The notes beneath the pieces are model-generated. The model worked only from the letters and a program-made list of their open reading frames with translations, made no database searches and was not told the origin of the DNA. From Dicyema japonicum (Eukaryota; Animalia; Dicyemida), in contig RDEW01000003.1 in the NCBI GenBank assembly GCA_011109175.1, positions 1,751,546-1,815,545 of the forward strand: a stretch of DNA of 64,000 bases, in the 5' to 3' direction. Made by a program: the position numbers and the translations under genes. This document shows positions 12,470-24,315 of this stretch, piece by piece (position 1 is the first letter of the stretch; every line of letters begins with the position of its first letter).

Positions 12470-13505
12470 TTTTTTTTTCTACTAATATTCGTCCGAATGT
12501 GAAATTATGGCTGGCCAACTTTTTGTCTGGAAGACGTGGAAGAGTAGTCAGTGGTGATCTCAGATCTAGATCACGATTACTACCGAACGGGGTACCCCAG
12601 GGGTCTCCACTTTCACCAATTCTATTCAACCTTTTTATTACACGACCTACCTAATGATGGAGACGAAGATTCCCTGTTATTATCCTACGCAGACGACGTA
12701 GTCATTGCAATACGGAACCGCTCGACTCAAGTCGCATCCCTTAAAACTCAGACAAAATTGAACATTCTCCACGATTGGATTGCTGGCAATCGACTAACGA
12801 TTTCTGCAACCAAGTCTATCTGTTCCACATTCACGTCGGACCGTCGTTCCAAGGATGAACCGAGTCTTTTCATTGGTCCCACTAGGATTCCAGTGACAAA
12901 GTCCCCCATTGTCCTTGGAGTCAAGTACGACACCCTTCTCAAATTCAACTCCCACGCAACAGACATGATCACCAGGGGCCTCCAGAAAGTTAACGTTATA
13001 CGCGCCCTTGTTCGGAGGACCACGAGGAACATGGACTTTTCCGTCTCTACACTCTACCAACAAACAATCGCGCCTGCCATTGAGTATGCCTCCGTTGCAT
13101 GGAGATTCGGGCTATCGGAGTCTTTGGTCCAAAGAATCAACTCGATATACCGGAAAACAATCAGTATGCTTTCCCCACGTAATGGATCAACAGTCGACCC
13201 ACTACTCATGGAAGCTAAGATCCGTAGTCGTGGCTCCGGATTTCTTCGCCTCTGTGAGGAAGATGGAAATCCGCTTCGCCTAATCCTTCCCATGGCAAGA
13301 GAAAACCGATTGGATAAGAAATTCCCTCCCCGATCGGATTCCTCTGCAAGACCGAGAGAAGGCTCTTCCGGAAAGTAGTGGGGACGATGGAGGATCACAG
13401 ACGTCGAATGGCACAAGTGATTGCGAGGACTGGGATCACCTAACTGTCTGACTCTTTTGTCTTTCTTTCTCGGTGTTCCCGGGGTTATTAAATAAAAAAA
13501 TATTT
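12470..13505 (+). mobile_element. Ingi/Vingi-like family A, 5'-truncated copy (RT C-half and 3' tail)
   Basis: Motifs GVPQGSPLSP and YADD; almost identical to 29650-30670; A-rich tail. Confidence 0.92.
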
Positions 13506-14879
13506 AAATGTTAAATTTTTTAATTCTCTTTTGGTACATCTCTCACCGCCACAAAAGAATGTATAAAGATCTTGTATAAACAATTTATTTGGACGATATT
13601 CAATTATGCCTCCAAAAGTTGACCCTAAAAATCTAATTTTTACTTGAATTTAGTAACTGTGGCGCATCTGTAAGGTCCTCACTAATCTTCGGAAAAAATC
13701 ACCTCCGCCAAAAAACCGAACCTGGACCGAAGAATACACGACTTATTGTCTACACGTATCACATGGACCCTGAGATTAACGCTTCTGAACTGCTGCTCTT
13801 GAGGGCTGCATGTCAGCGACGTTGACATCATCAACCTCTCGGTGAAAAAAGTTCTGGATTATATTTTTTGTCCTGGACCACCAGGGCCGACATAAAAGTG
13901 GAGGATCTCTTGGAGCAACTTGCATTGATATAAGTTTATCTATACTCTGTCTATGTTACCTGGATTGTGAAAAAATTGAGTTTTTAAATTTTTTAAGTTT
14001 CTAATGTTTCTTTTAATTAAAGAAGTTGTCGGTATTTGGCAGAAACTTCTTGATAGATCTAATGAAAACAATGATTCAAGACAAAATGGCCAATTTATGG
14101 AACTGAGCCATAGTCGACCGTCGTATATAAAACTTTTGGCTCTGTAATAGGTGAAGATAGATACTGACGAAGAGTTGTTTATTATTTGTTAACCACATCT
14201 TTGGTAAGCCCAGTCGTAGGGTAATTAATCCAAGGAGGGAACGCAAGGGAGAACGTCTGCTTGTGACGACCAAATTGAAATTACCAGGGATGAATTTACC
14301 GGTTACCTATTGGAGATGATGCATAACCATGTCTGATTCTTATTGCGATACCCGAAACATACACCAGTTGTTGTAGGAAACGCTAAACGTTTCGCCAATT
14401 ATGTGACGATTCACCAAAGCATCCTTTGGGATCGGAAGTTAGATCATATCTGAAATTCTCCCTAAGATCACTTGATTAGACGACTCTTGTCTTTTCTCTT
14501 GTAATTCTACAAGTTAATTAATTAAATTACAAGAGAATATACAAGAGGATATTGAAGGAACCATAATGCTAGAGATATATCTAAGGCCTGGTCGAGGAAT
14601 GACCCATAAAAATATGATGTTTCTATTGACTGTATAGATTGCGTGTAGTTTTAACGGTAACCAAGGAAAGCATCAATTCAGTGATTCGAACCATTGTGAC
14701 CTCTGATAATTTGTTCCAAGACATTCGATTACTTATGCGATAATATTGTCCTCAACTACTGAGGATCAAAGCCACTGAGTTACCTCAGTATTGAAGTCAC
14801 ATGGGATAGACTTGGATGTGTTCCATTAGGAAATAGAAAATTATCCTGGAAGGATTTAAGTTTTGAAGTATTTATGTAC

Positions 14880-15275
14880 AAAAAATTATGAATCTGTCAG
14901 AAATACGACATTGACATTCGCAAGTGAGTCGTGGTCAATGGCCATTTCCCGCTCTTCTCTACTGAAAATTTCTGCAATACAGGTAGTTGTTGCCCCAACT
15001 TTGTGTCCACCCTTCTGGAAATAGTTTTGATTGGACGACAACGGAAGTTGGTGAGGGCAATTACTCTGCCTAACAACCTCCTCCACGAAGCCATAACCAA
15101 ATACTTCAAAAACCACCCAAGATACGAGACAACTACATTTCCGCTCTAGAGAGATATCCATGATTCTCATTCACTTTGGATAGGACCTCCCACATGTCGG
15201 TCTGTAGTCACTTAGTTAGTTAGGAACATTCTTTTTCCTTTTACCAGGGTGATCCTGGGTAATCAAAATCTTACC
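14880..15275 (+). mobile_element. Degenerate LINE 3' remnant
   Basis: Ends with GTCACTTAGTTAG and the hairpin CCAGGGTGATCCTGG, like the other Vingi-like tails. Confidence 0.45.
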
Positions 15276-15897
15276 TCAACCATATGATTAAAAGCATATA
15301 GTGAGGTTGCGACGTTCCTCGTAGCTCTAAGAACATGAATAGAAGCAATGTGATCATTATGTGAGTTGGTGACATTCCCCATTCTCTGATTAACCAAAAA
15401 TGGAAGAAAATGTCTTTAAAACAGAAAATAAAGAGGATGCTGACATCTAAATTGTTTTTTTAGCCGCACATGAATGATAGGAAAAAAAAGAAATTTGGTT
15501 CCAATAATCTCGAGGTTTCAGCTGTAGCAAACTTGAAGACGAACTATCCTTCGAAAATATTTAAGGTTAGAAAATTAGAAACCATCAACACAAGTGACGT
15601 CCCAGGTCAGGTGTTTCCCACCCTTTCAGAAGAAAAAGATCGTCTTCTCTAGTTGACTACATGTGATGAGGATTCATTTGAAAATGGTGGATACCACCTA
15701 TAAAAATAAGAGGGTACTTAGTGAGAAATCTCAATAGTAAAATTGTATATAACTAGGAAGTTGGTTGAATTTATGACTTTAATTTCTTAAAAAAGAAATT
15801 TATAAGCAAATTTAATTCCTAAAATAAACATTTCCTTAAAAGTAAATAATACGCAAATTTTTAACATTTTATAACAGAAAATCGTGTTTTCGGTACA

Positions 15898-16701
15898 ATG
15901 TTGGTTAATTTTGGAAGAATTCTTAAGATTTTCAGCCTCATAAGCAATCTGGTAGTCAACTATAACTGAGTGCTAGATTTGTGGATTTGCGTTCATTTTT
16001 GTGACGTATAAATCTTCAACAAACCGTCACTTCACAGCAGATTTGATTGACGACAGTTTCCATAAATATGCGATGGGGATCACACTAACATGTGGATTCC
16101 TTTCAATCATTACTTGCTTCTTTGGAGTTCTAACAATGGTTCTCAAAGATATTAGAGTCAAATGCATAGTAAGCCATTAATATTATCATAAGTATGCTGG
16201 TTTGACCGTTGTGACTCTTTTGGTCTGTTTGTATGCTGCCGGGTATCTCTTCAATGCCTTCTCTTATGTTTGCACTTATGGTTACTTTAGTCAACCCTGG
16301 TCTCGGAGATCTTTATAAGGAACGCCATCCAAAACTACAACGGAGAGTCCTTAAATTTTGATGTTTTCCAGCAAATAGTTAATTTTGAAAATATTTATTT
16401 CCAGAATGAGTGTTGCGGATTTTCTGGAGTTCACGACTATCCGGAAATAATTCCCAAGTCATGTTGCGCTATTCCACCATGCACAATTGAAAATTCCTTC
16501 AGAATTGTGAAAATTTGTATATAAAATAGGGCTGTGGATGGATTTTTAATCAGCATATATTGTTCATCACAAAAATCATTGTTACTTTTGTTTCGTTGAT
16601 TTTCTTTATTTCGGTAACATCTTTGAATATAATTTTAGACATTTTCATTCATGCATCTTGTCTACACGATTCACTTGCAGAGGAAGTCCCACCTCGATTA
16701 G
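15898..16701 (+). CDS. Tetraspanin; multi-exon
   Basis: Several hydrophobic segments; large extracellular loop with CCG (QNECCGFSG), PKSCC and GC motifs; short GT-AG introns; ends ..HLQRKSHLD*. Confidence 0.85.
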
Positions 16702-17209
16702 CTCTCAGTTAATTCCTTAGTTTGTTCTTAAATAGTCATCTTTTATTTTTTGTTTTATAAATTAAGGAAAGATTTCTTTAAAAAATAATTAATTAGAAAT
16801 TTGAAAGATTTATAAGGTTTCCGATCATTAACATCACTTTTCACATCAACAAGGTCACTAATTTTCAGCTCATTTCGTTCCCTGGCGACGAATTCTATAA
16901 TCGATCTCAGCTCCCTGAAGAAATTAATTAGTTTAGTTTTAACCCCGGTCTTTGGAACAATTTTATTTATTTAAAACAACTAATTAAAGGAATTCAAGTT
17001 GCTTCTCTCATGATTGAAAACGCATTCCCCCATACTATTTGCAAGGATTACGGTCAATGAGTCAGCTCTTCTCTTTTATCACATTTCTTCAACGCAATAA
17101 GTTCCGATAGATTTCAAGAAAATCAAGGAACATGATTCGATCACTCCCGATGTCTCTACCACGAAGGGTTTGAAAGCGAAATAACCTATCTGGCTTTCGT
17201 ACTTCTATC

Positions 17210-17760
17210 TTTTAAGGTTTTCGGCCCTCTCTGAGGCAGATTCGCGGTGAGTTGCCGTCAGTTGGAGGGGAAAATTTTCCATATAAGTAGGGTCCGTTCC
17301 AAGCAAGATATTTCCCTCTATCCCATGGAAAAAATGGTCCCGTAAGGCCTCATATTTGCTATGTCCAATCATATGGGTTCTAACAGTATAGGGAATCCAA
17401 GGATGTCCAGTGCACCTTCAATGGCTTCATTGATGCCTCTGTCTTGAACTCTTTTACGTGTTTCTCCTGCACGAGTGGGTGCAAAGGCCCCTAACGTCGA
17501 CATCATGCCATATCTGAACGGTGGGCCATACAAACATCTAGACCGAAACGGACAAACACTCATTTTTTTAGAATCATATTCAATGACAGTCAAGAGGGAG
17601 GCACACGGAAGGGCTCTCACCCAAGCACCGCTTTCTCCTGCGGATGTTGAGCCTAGGCATGCGAGACAATGCTGATCTTCGCTTATTTTGTTTCGATAAT
17701 ATATTTGATAGTCCCTTTGTTTCATAGGATGCTTCGACAATTTAAGTTTTGAGAGTCCAA
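17210..17760 (-). mobile_element. CRE-like retrotransposon remnant
   Basis: QHCLACL..SGAWVRALP..INEAIEGALDILGFPILLEP aligns with the CRE C-terminal region at 54.8-55.2 kb. Confidence 0.7.
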
Positions 17761-17855
17761 GTTTCTTGATTTAAGCACTCTAACGGTCCAACCCGTGATC
17801 CGTTTTATCAAAATGAAAGCTATTTTGATTCACCTTACAACATGTGACTAATTAG

Positions 17856-19088
17856 TAGGGCAAGTTGTTTCTAGCACTTAAAAAAATTTTTTTAGAGCTA
17901 AAAAAAAATCTAGCAATTATAATTAAAAAAGTTAGCAATTAAAATGATAAAATCTAGCATTTAAATTTGTCAAATCTATAACTTAAAATAATAAAATATA
18001 ACATTTAAATTTTATTTATTGTAATATAATAAAAGTTAATGCCTGATATTGTCTGGATGGAAGTTCCTATCTTTTTTTAAATATTTTTTAGCATTTTAAT
18101 AGCTCTTTCAACAGATGCATAGGATGCCTGACAGCGTGAAAGAGAAAAATAATATTGTTGGCTAATTTTTGGTTTAGTCATTTCAATAATAAGTTTAAAT
18201 CCATTTTCCTCCATTCTTTTATTTATATAATTTTTGATATTTGCCTTGTCATTATCAAAATGTAGTCCTTGTATAATAGTAATCTTCCATCATTTGATTG
18301 CAAGGAATCACTTCGTCCATTCTCAGAACATGTCCGATAAGTAGCCAGCGTGAGGTAATTACTTCTCTGCTTATCGGTTTGCATTTACATAATTTGTAGA
18401 GAGTGTCTTTTTTGATAATCTGTGGCCATTTAATTCCCGCAATTTTTATCAATTGATTTCTATGAAATGTGTCTAGTCAGTCACGGTCCGTTTTTGATGT
18501 TCCCCATGTTCCCGAGTTATATAATAGGACTGGTTGTATGAACGCGCTATATAAGCACATCCGAAGATTTAAGGAGATAAGTTTTCTGCGAGTCCAAATG
18601 CTCCACATCTTTTCGAAAAACATGTTGTAATCGACAATGTTTTTCGCAAAGTGGTCAAAGCACGATCGCTTGAAATTTTCAATTGGACCTCCAGTTTGCC
18701 AGGTTTTTGTAAAGGAAGTAGAACTCCCATCGCGATGTCAATTAAACAATGAGTCCTGAATATCTCGTTGAATCTGAAAGTTATCTTTTCTGCTAGCTGG
18801 GTTGGTGCGTATTTTAACAACTCCCCACAAATATTGTCATAGCCAGCTGCTCTGTTGTTATTCAGCCGAAGGAGTTCTCCGCGAATTTCGGAATCCGTAA
18901 ACACATTATTAACTGCAATTTAAATTAGCAGTTAAACAAAAATTAGCATTTAAAATTAAAAATAGCACTTATAGCATTTATAATGTATGTTTTTTTTAAA
19001 CAAAATTAAAAAATAATTATTCCAAATTCAATCGTATATTTAAAAAAGTATAAAAATAAAAATAGCATTTTAGCACTTAAATTGCCTA
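17856..19088. mobile_element. Non-autonomous hAT element with 8-bp TSD
   Basis: Ends TAGGGCAA and TTGCCTA; direct repeat CTAATTAG at 17848-17855 and 19089-19096; internal ASVERAIKMLKNI dimerisation-motif remnant; many TAGCA motifs. Confidence 0.8.
18230..18910 (-). mobile_element. RTE-like LINE fragment nested in the hAT element
   Basis: Encodes LNNNRAAGYDNICGELLK, LLPLQKPGK, and IKWPQII..LYKLC..SRWLLIGHVLRM (RTE RT start and C-terminus). Confidence 0.75.
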
Positions 19089-19751
19089 CTAATTAGCCAT
19101 ACGACTTCCTTGGGAGTTATTCACTCCCTCACCTGACCAGCTTTGAGATATTATCAATCGAATCCTTTCCCAACCAGGACCACCAATGGCACTAAGGGAC
19201 TTGTGGGGGCGCCCAACATTATGGACACTCGATGGCAGTCGGACTCCTACATTTTAGTGAGGTCGGAGAAACTAATTAACCTTACAATATTGTTCTAACA
19301 TGGAACATATCGCTTCGTAAAAGGCCAAGAGTAACTCTCGAGAAAATGACCTTAAAAGGAATTGAAATGAGTGAATGACTTAACTTATGTGACATGCTGG
19401 ACAGGTTACCATCATCTGTCATTAAATCATTTCTCCAGTCATTAGTGATGAAATTGATTATAAATCAATGACAATTTTATTATTAATCAATCAATAAGTA
19501 AAAGTAATTATTTTATAACGCCCGTCTAACTCAATCTTCTCTTTTTGGGGACAATCCCTATTGCCTTTATAGGCGTGTTCACGTCCCTGCATACCCCACA
19601 TTCAGAGACTACCCTGGGTTGACATTCCATGCCGTCTTCCTCATCAACAGGCATCGGTACTCCATGCCTCTCCTCAGCTTGCATACTCTCAAAAGTCTTC
19701 CATAACACTAGCGTCTGTATATAAGCTATAACCTTTTCCTCCACCTTGAGA

Positions 19752-20147
19752 GGTAACCAGAAAATTTATCTAAAACAATTCGTCTAATTAACATTTCGTC
19801 TAAATCGTCATGTTTGTCTAATTTACCTTTAAATCATTTTATTCAAGATATTTAAAAAAAATAATACTGTGAGCTATTCCTCTAAGATATTCATTTATAT
19901 TGTCAAATCTAAAATTTTCAACAATTCTTTTTATGCGTGAAGCACTATCGCGAAAACACTTTTTTGAGGATTGTACCTCTCTTCCAGCTACAAATTGTTC
20001 GAATAATGATTCATTCAAATTTTGTTCTTTTTTCAAACACTCGATAAATTTCCATATATTAGGGTGGTGCGATCCAATTAGACAAACATGACGATTTAGA
20101 CGATTTGTTAACTAGACGAATTGTTTTAGACGAATTAGTCGTGAACC
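19752..20147 (-). mobile_element. MULE-like miniature element with ~70-bp inverted repeats
   Basis: Inverted repeats 19752-19824 and 20076-20147 (CTAAAACAATTCGTCTA..CGTCTAAATCGTCATGTTTGTCTAATT) enclose KKEQ..EQFVAG..RIKRIV..YLRGIAH, which resembles Mutator transposase C-termini. Confidence 0.6.
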
Positions 20148-20149
20148 AC

Positions 20150-20340
20150 AATGCCCCTTTTGCAACCTTCACGTGCTGACAACAAATCACCTATTTCAAT
20201 GTCATGAATTGGCACAACATTTCTCCACAATGCCGGAACTTACCGATCTATGGGAGCGATCAACATCTGCTGCGTACTACTTAATAGCTGCTGGCCTCCT
20301 ACAAGTTAGTGAGTCTGAGGTTACTTAACTAACTAACAAA
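20150..20340 (+). mobile_element. I/Ingi-type LINE 3' fragment with CCHC knuckle
   Basis: Encodes CPFCNLHVLTTNHLFQC..TDLWERSTSAAYYL, followed by (CTAA)n-like repeats. Confidence 0.6.
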
Positions 20341-20419
20341 GACAAGTTTGGCAACTTTTTCAATTCCCAGCCTATTTCGTACATTTGAATGTAAGAATCC
20401 AAAAGTCTAAAAAATTCGT

Positions 20420-22150
20420 TCTATTTTACCTGTGGATGCAACTGCTCCAAGAATTTTTTATGCAGAGTGAAATTACTTAAGAAGGTAACTGGTAAAAGTT
20501 CGACTCCCACCAAGCTATAAGTGATACTTTGCTCAATAAATTCGGAGCGAACATGTATAGTTTGAATGGATCATCTTTTGCTCTGAAATTAATCAGAGTC
20601 GGAAGAGCATATTCATAATGTTCAGCACAATGCTCCAAAACGAGGTCAATCACAGCAGTTGAAAGAGATCTCCCATAACGTGTTGGTTCCATTAGATTCG
20701 CAAGTAAGTGGAAAGGTGTTAATGCTTGATCTGCTCGAGTTTTCACTTTTTTCTAAAATAGTCGTACATTCATAGTTAATATAAGTCTGTTCAAGTTCTT
20801 TCTAAATTTCTACAGCATGACTAATCGTTGTAGAATCATTTTGAATTTTGTCAAAGCGACAGCAATTGGTTTAATCAGCCGCAAATATTCTTCAACGTGT
20901 TGTTTTAGGCAAATATTTTGTACTTTGGAAGCAATTTCCAATATTCGATCTGTGTCCTTCACAAATTCTCAAAATGGTTTCTTTGACGTCAGTTACTTCG
21001 ACATTCTTTGAGAAAAAGTTGAGATAATGTGCCGAGCAACCACATGTAATATTTTCATCGTCATCTTGCATCATTATCCGCCTCATTTTAGTCATGTTGA
21101 CAGCATTGTCCGTTACAAGACTCCCGATTTTACATCCAAACCGTTGCTCGGCGGACTTTGCAGAGGCTAAAGCAACATATTGAAGATACTCCGCGTTGTG
21201 GCTATATCCAGAGGGGTCCACAGTGTCAATTAGATTTCTCCGTTCGATGTTACAACTGACACATAAATAACAGGTTCATTATGAATGTTGCTCCACCCGT
21301 CCAACATCATGGACACTGTCTTGTCCTGGAGTCTTTGCCGACAGTCTTCATGTATTTGGTCGTACACACGATCGAGTAATGGACCACCAATTTGATAACG
21401 AGAGGGTAAACGATACCCAGGAAGAAGCATTTGGACGAATTGGACAAGTTCCGGATGTTCTACAGCAGCAAAAAGAGTGTTGCTGAAATATATGTATCTA
21501 GCGAGTTGCATATCAACCAAATTTTTCTTCGATGACGTTTTCGTAGTAACGTAGTTGATTAAAGACTGTTCCCTCATCCTTGGGAGAAATTCGATGATCA
21601 AATCACTTTCAGGTTTGGACAGATTTTCAGGGATATCAATATTAGTTCGACATAACAAATGCCTCATCCGAGAAACGAGACCTTGTACATCTTTGTTGAT
21701 TAAATTCAAATGATTTTATTTTTTAAGATTACGAGCATTCTGTTATACGGCCGATACGTGTTTTTGTGGGCTCAAGGAAGGCAAGTTCAAGTCTCCAATA
21801 GAACGTGCTAGGATTATGTGAGTAGTTTGCTTAGCGTTTCCTTGATCTTTGGTATTTTTCATTTCATCTACCAAAATCGAATTGACTGTAATTTTTGAGT
21901 GGGATGTTGTTATAAGGGTATTTTTCTAAACTTTGGATTTTTGAATAAATTATTTTTTCTAAATTTAGGTCAAGTTTTTGTCGGTAATGTCCCTGAGATT
22001 TTCAAAAATGTTGTTTCAGCCACGTGCACTTAGGAAAAAGCGCCATATAAAAATTTATCTCTTGAAAGGATCTTTTCAATCCATATCGAAACTAAAACCT
22101 ATATAATTCGCCACTAAATAGCATAAATAGTGAAAATCCATAAGAAAATA
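20420..22150 (-). mobile_element. hAT transposase pseudogene (DUF659-like)
   Basis: Encodes PGYRLPSRYQIGGPLLD..LDGWSN, VTDNAVNM and CSAHYLN; several frameshifts. Confidence 0.8.
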
Positions 22151-22492
22151 ATGCCTTGGCGAACTTATCTTAAATTTTTAACTTTAATAAAATTTAGGTT
22201 GATTTTTTAGCTTTTATGGTCGAGAAGGAAGATAATCCAATTCCTTGGTGATTAATCACTGATGATCGCGTCACTTGTAAACCCTTGAGCATCGTAGATG
22301 CGTTAAACCTTCACCGAATAGACAGCAGCGAAATTCAAACAGGGGACCGCAATCAATCAAACGGTCGAATAATAAAATTATTTTTTTCCAAGAATTTAAA
22401 AACATATAGCCGCGTGGCGCCATGTGGTGCTGTGGTGGTTAATTGGTTGAAGTTTTCTGCTTGCTTGTCTGTTCCTCCTCTCTCTTCCTAAT

Positions 22493-22728
22493 AGAGTGGC
22501 GTCATGTGATCCACCTGTCTAGGTGACGCCCAGTGCCAGGCTGGCACGAAAAAGGATCATTTGCTCTTTCCCACTCCACTAGAGGGATTTCCACAACTGC
22601 ATGTAACGGACGTCTTACCTTTTATGCTGATTCCAGATGGACTCTGTTTCTGTAGAAATGGAAACTGGATACACTTAATTAGTTGTTAACTTTAACTTCT
22701 TTCTCGGTGTATCCGGGGTTAATTTTAT
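22493..22728 (+). mobile_element. ~235-bp bipartite non-autonomous LINE derivative (5' pseudoknot plus 3' tail)
   Basis: Fully paired head at 22498-22559; ends ACTGGATACACTTAA..TTCTCGGTGTATCCGGGGTTA. Confidence 0.75.
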
Positions 22729-22729
22729 T

Positions 22730-23770
22730 TATAACCCCGAAAAGGGAACACCAAGAAAGGAGTAAACCAACTAATTAAGTGATCCCGGTACGCCTCAATA
22801 GGATCGAGAGGTTTTTCCTATGTTCCTCCAGAGTACCCACGGCTTTCCTGAATAGCCGACGATCATCCTTCATTAGAGTTTGAAGAGGGGTGGGTTTTTT
22901 CTCCGATTTCGTGTATTTGAGGCCTTTAGCCTTGAATGGAAGAAACGACTTGTTTCTTGGCCACATAGACCGATGAAGCCGGAGCCATTATTTTTGATTG
23001 CGGCGTGGTCAAGCATTGGGGGGGGGGAAAGATCGGGGGTAGATTCGTTAAACGTGCCAGTTTGCCAATTAGGGAATTGATCTTGAATAAATTTGATAGG
23101 CCCATGAGGCACAAGCATACTCTATCGTCGGTTTTAGTTGATTGAAACAAGACGACAGCGCTTTCCTGTGACGGCCTGGACTTTAAGAGCGGTTTGATTA
23201 TATTTAGTTTCCTGAGACCCTTTGTCATAACGTTCTTCACATGTTGGGAAAATGTCATCAAAGGGTCAAATGTCACTCCCAGGATAGTTGGACGAATCTG
23301 TAATGGTAAGGAGTCTCCAAATGTTCAAATCCAGTGTATGTTTTTCTTTTCTGTCCGTGGTGAAGATTGTATACGTTGATTTATCCCTGGATATGGAGAC
23401 GATTCAACTTTAACCAGGCTCCCAGGTTGTCAATATGTGACTGAAGCTCTGATTTTGCTGCACCCACGTATTTGTTCCTGCTAGCGATGATTAGGTCGTC
23501 AGCATAAGTGAGAAGCATTGAATCTGGTCCTCCATGGAAGGGTAAATCGTTGAGGAATAAGTTGAATAACGCCGGAGAGAAAGGCGATCCTTGAGGGACG
23601 CCATTTGGTAGGAGACGGAACCTCGTGGCCTATACAGACACGTCCTCTTCTTCCGGAGAGAAAATTGGCTATCTATCTTTTCAAATCCGGCTGAATGGTG
23701 TCAAAAACCTTTTTCGTGAGAAATGTTCTCGAGACAGAATCGAACGCCTTCTTGATATCCAGGGAAATAA
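22730..23770 (-). mobile_element. Ingi/Vingi-like LINE 3' part
   Basis: Encodes GVPQGSPFSP, YADD-like TYADD, LGVTFDP; ends EEHRKNLSILLRRTGIT*. Confidence 0.85.
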
Positions 23771-24315
23771 AGATATCGAGCCATCAATTCCCTCTTTATA
23801 ACAAATATTTTTTAAGAATTCCAGAAAATTAGTCATTGATGTAATTGAATGCTTACAAGATCATAACTCGACAAATGAATATTCCATTACACGTACTACA
23901 ACATGGATTGGTATAATTTATCGAGAACAGTAATTTAAAACTCTGATTTGATCCTATAAATGTCGTGTATACTTGATTTTGAGTAAATCTTCTGCTTGTT
24001 CTTACCAAATCAATCCCCCACTAGTCCGTAACAGGTTTCCGCTTTCGAAAAGAGGTGAAATATGTCCGCCTTTTCCATTTTCATTTAGCCCATACTTTCG
24101 CGAACAACACTTAATTCATAGGTGAAGAGTTTTCATAACAGTAATATCCACCAGTGGAGTTGGACGGGGACAAAAGTAGGAAGATCCCTTTCAAAAACTG
24201 TTGTGCAACAAAGGACTCTTTGCCTCACTGGAGGGATCTGTTTGACGAGAAATTCTTAGCTTTCATGATAGTCACTCTTAGCTCTAGTATCCAGGCCTAT
24301 CCAGGAACTTGTAAA

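Noticed and set aside
13510-14860. Possible host gene
   Set aside because: No coherent exon chain was found; it looks like decayed repeat sequence.
17870-19080. CRISPR-like or satellite array from the TAGCA repeats
   Set aside because: The motifs are short and irregularly spaced, in a eukaryotic context, inside a hAT element.
22533-22553. Hammerhead ribozyme (hairpin followed by CGAAA)
   Set aside because: There is no CUGANGA box before the stem, and the pairings give a pseudoknot instead.
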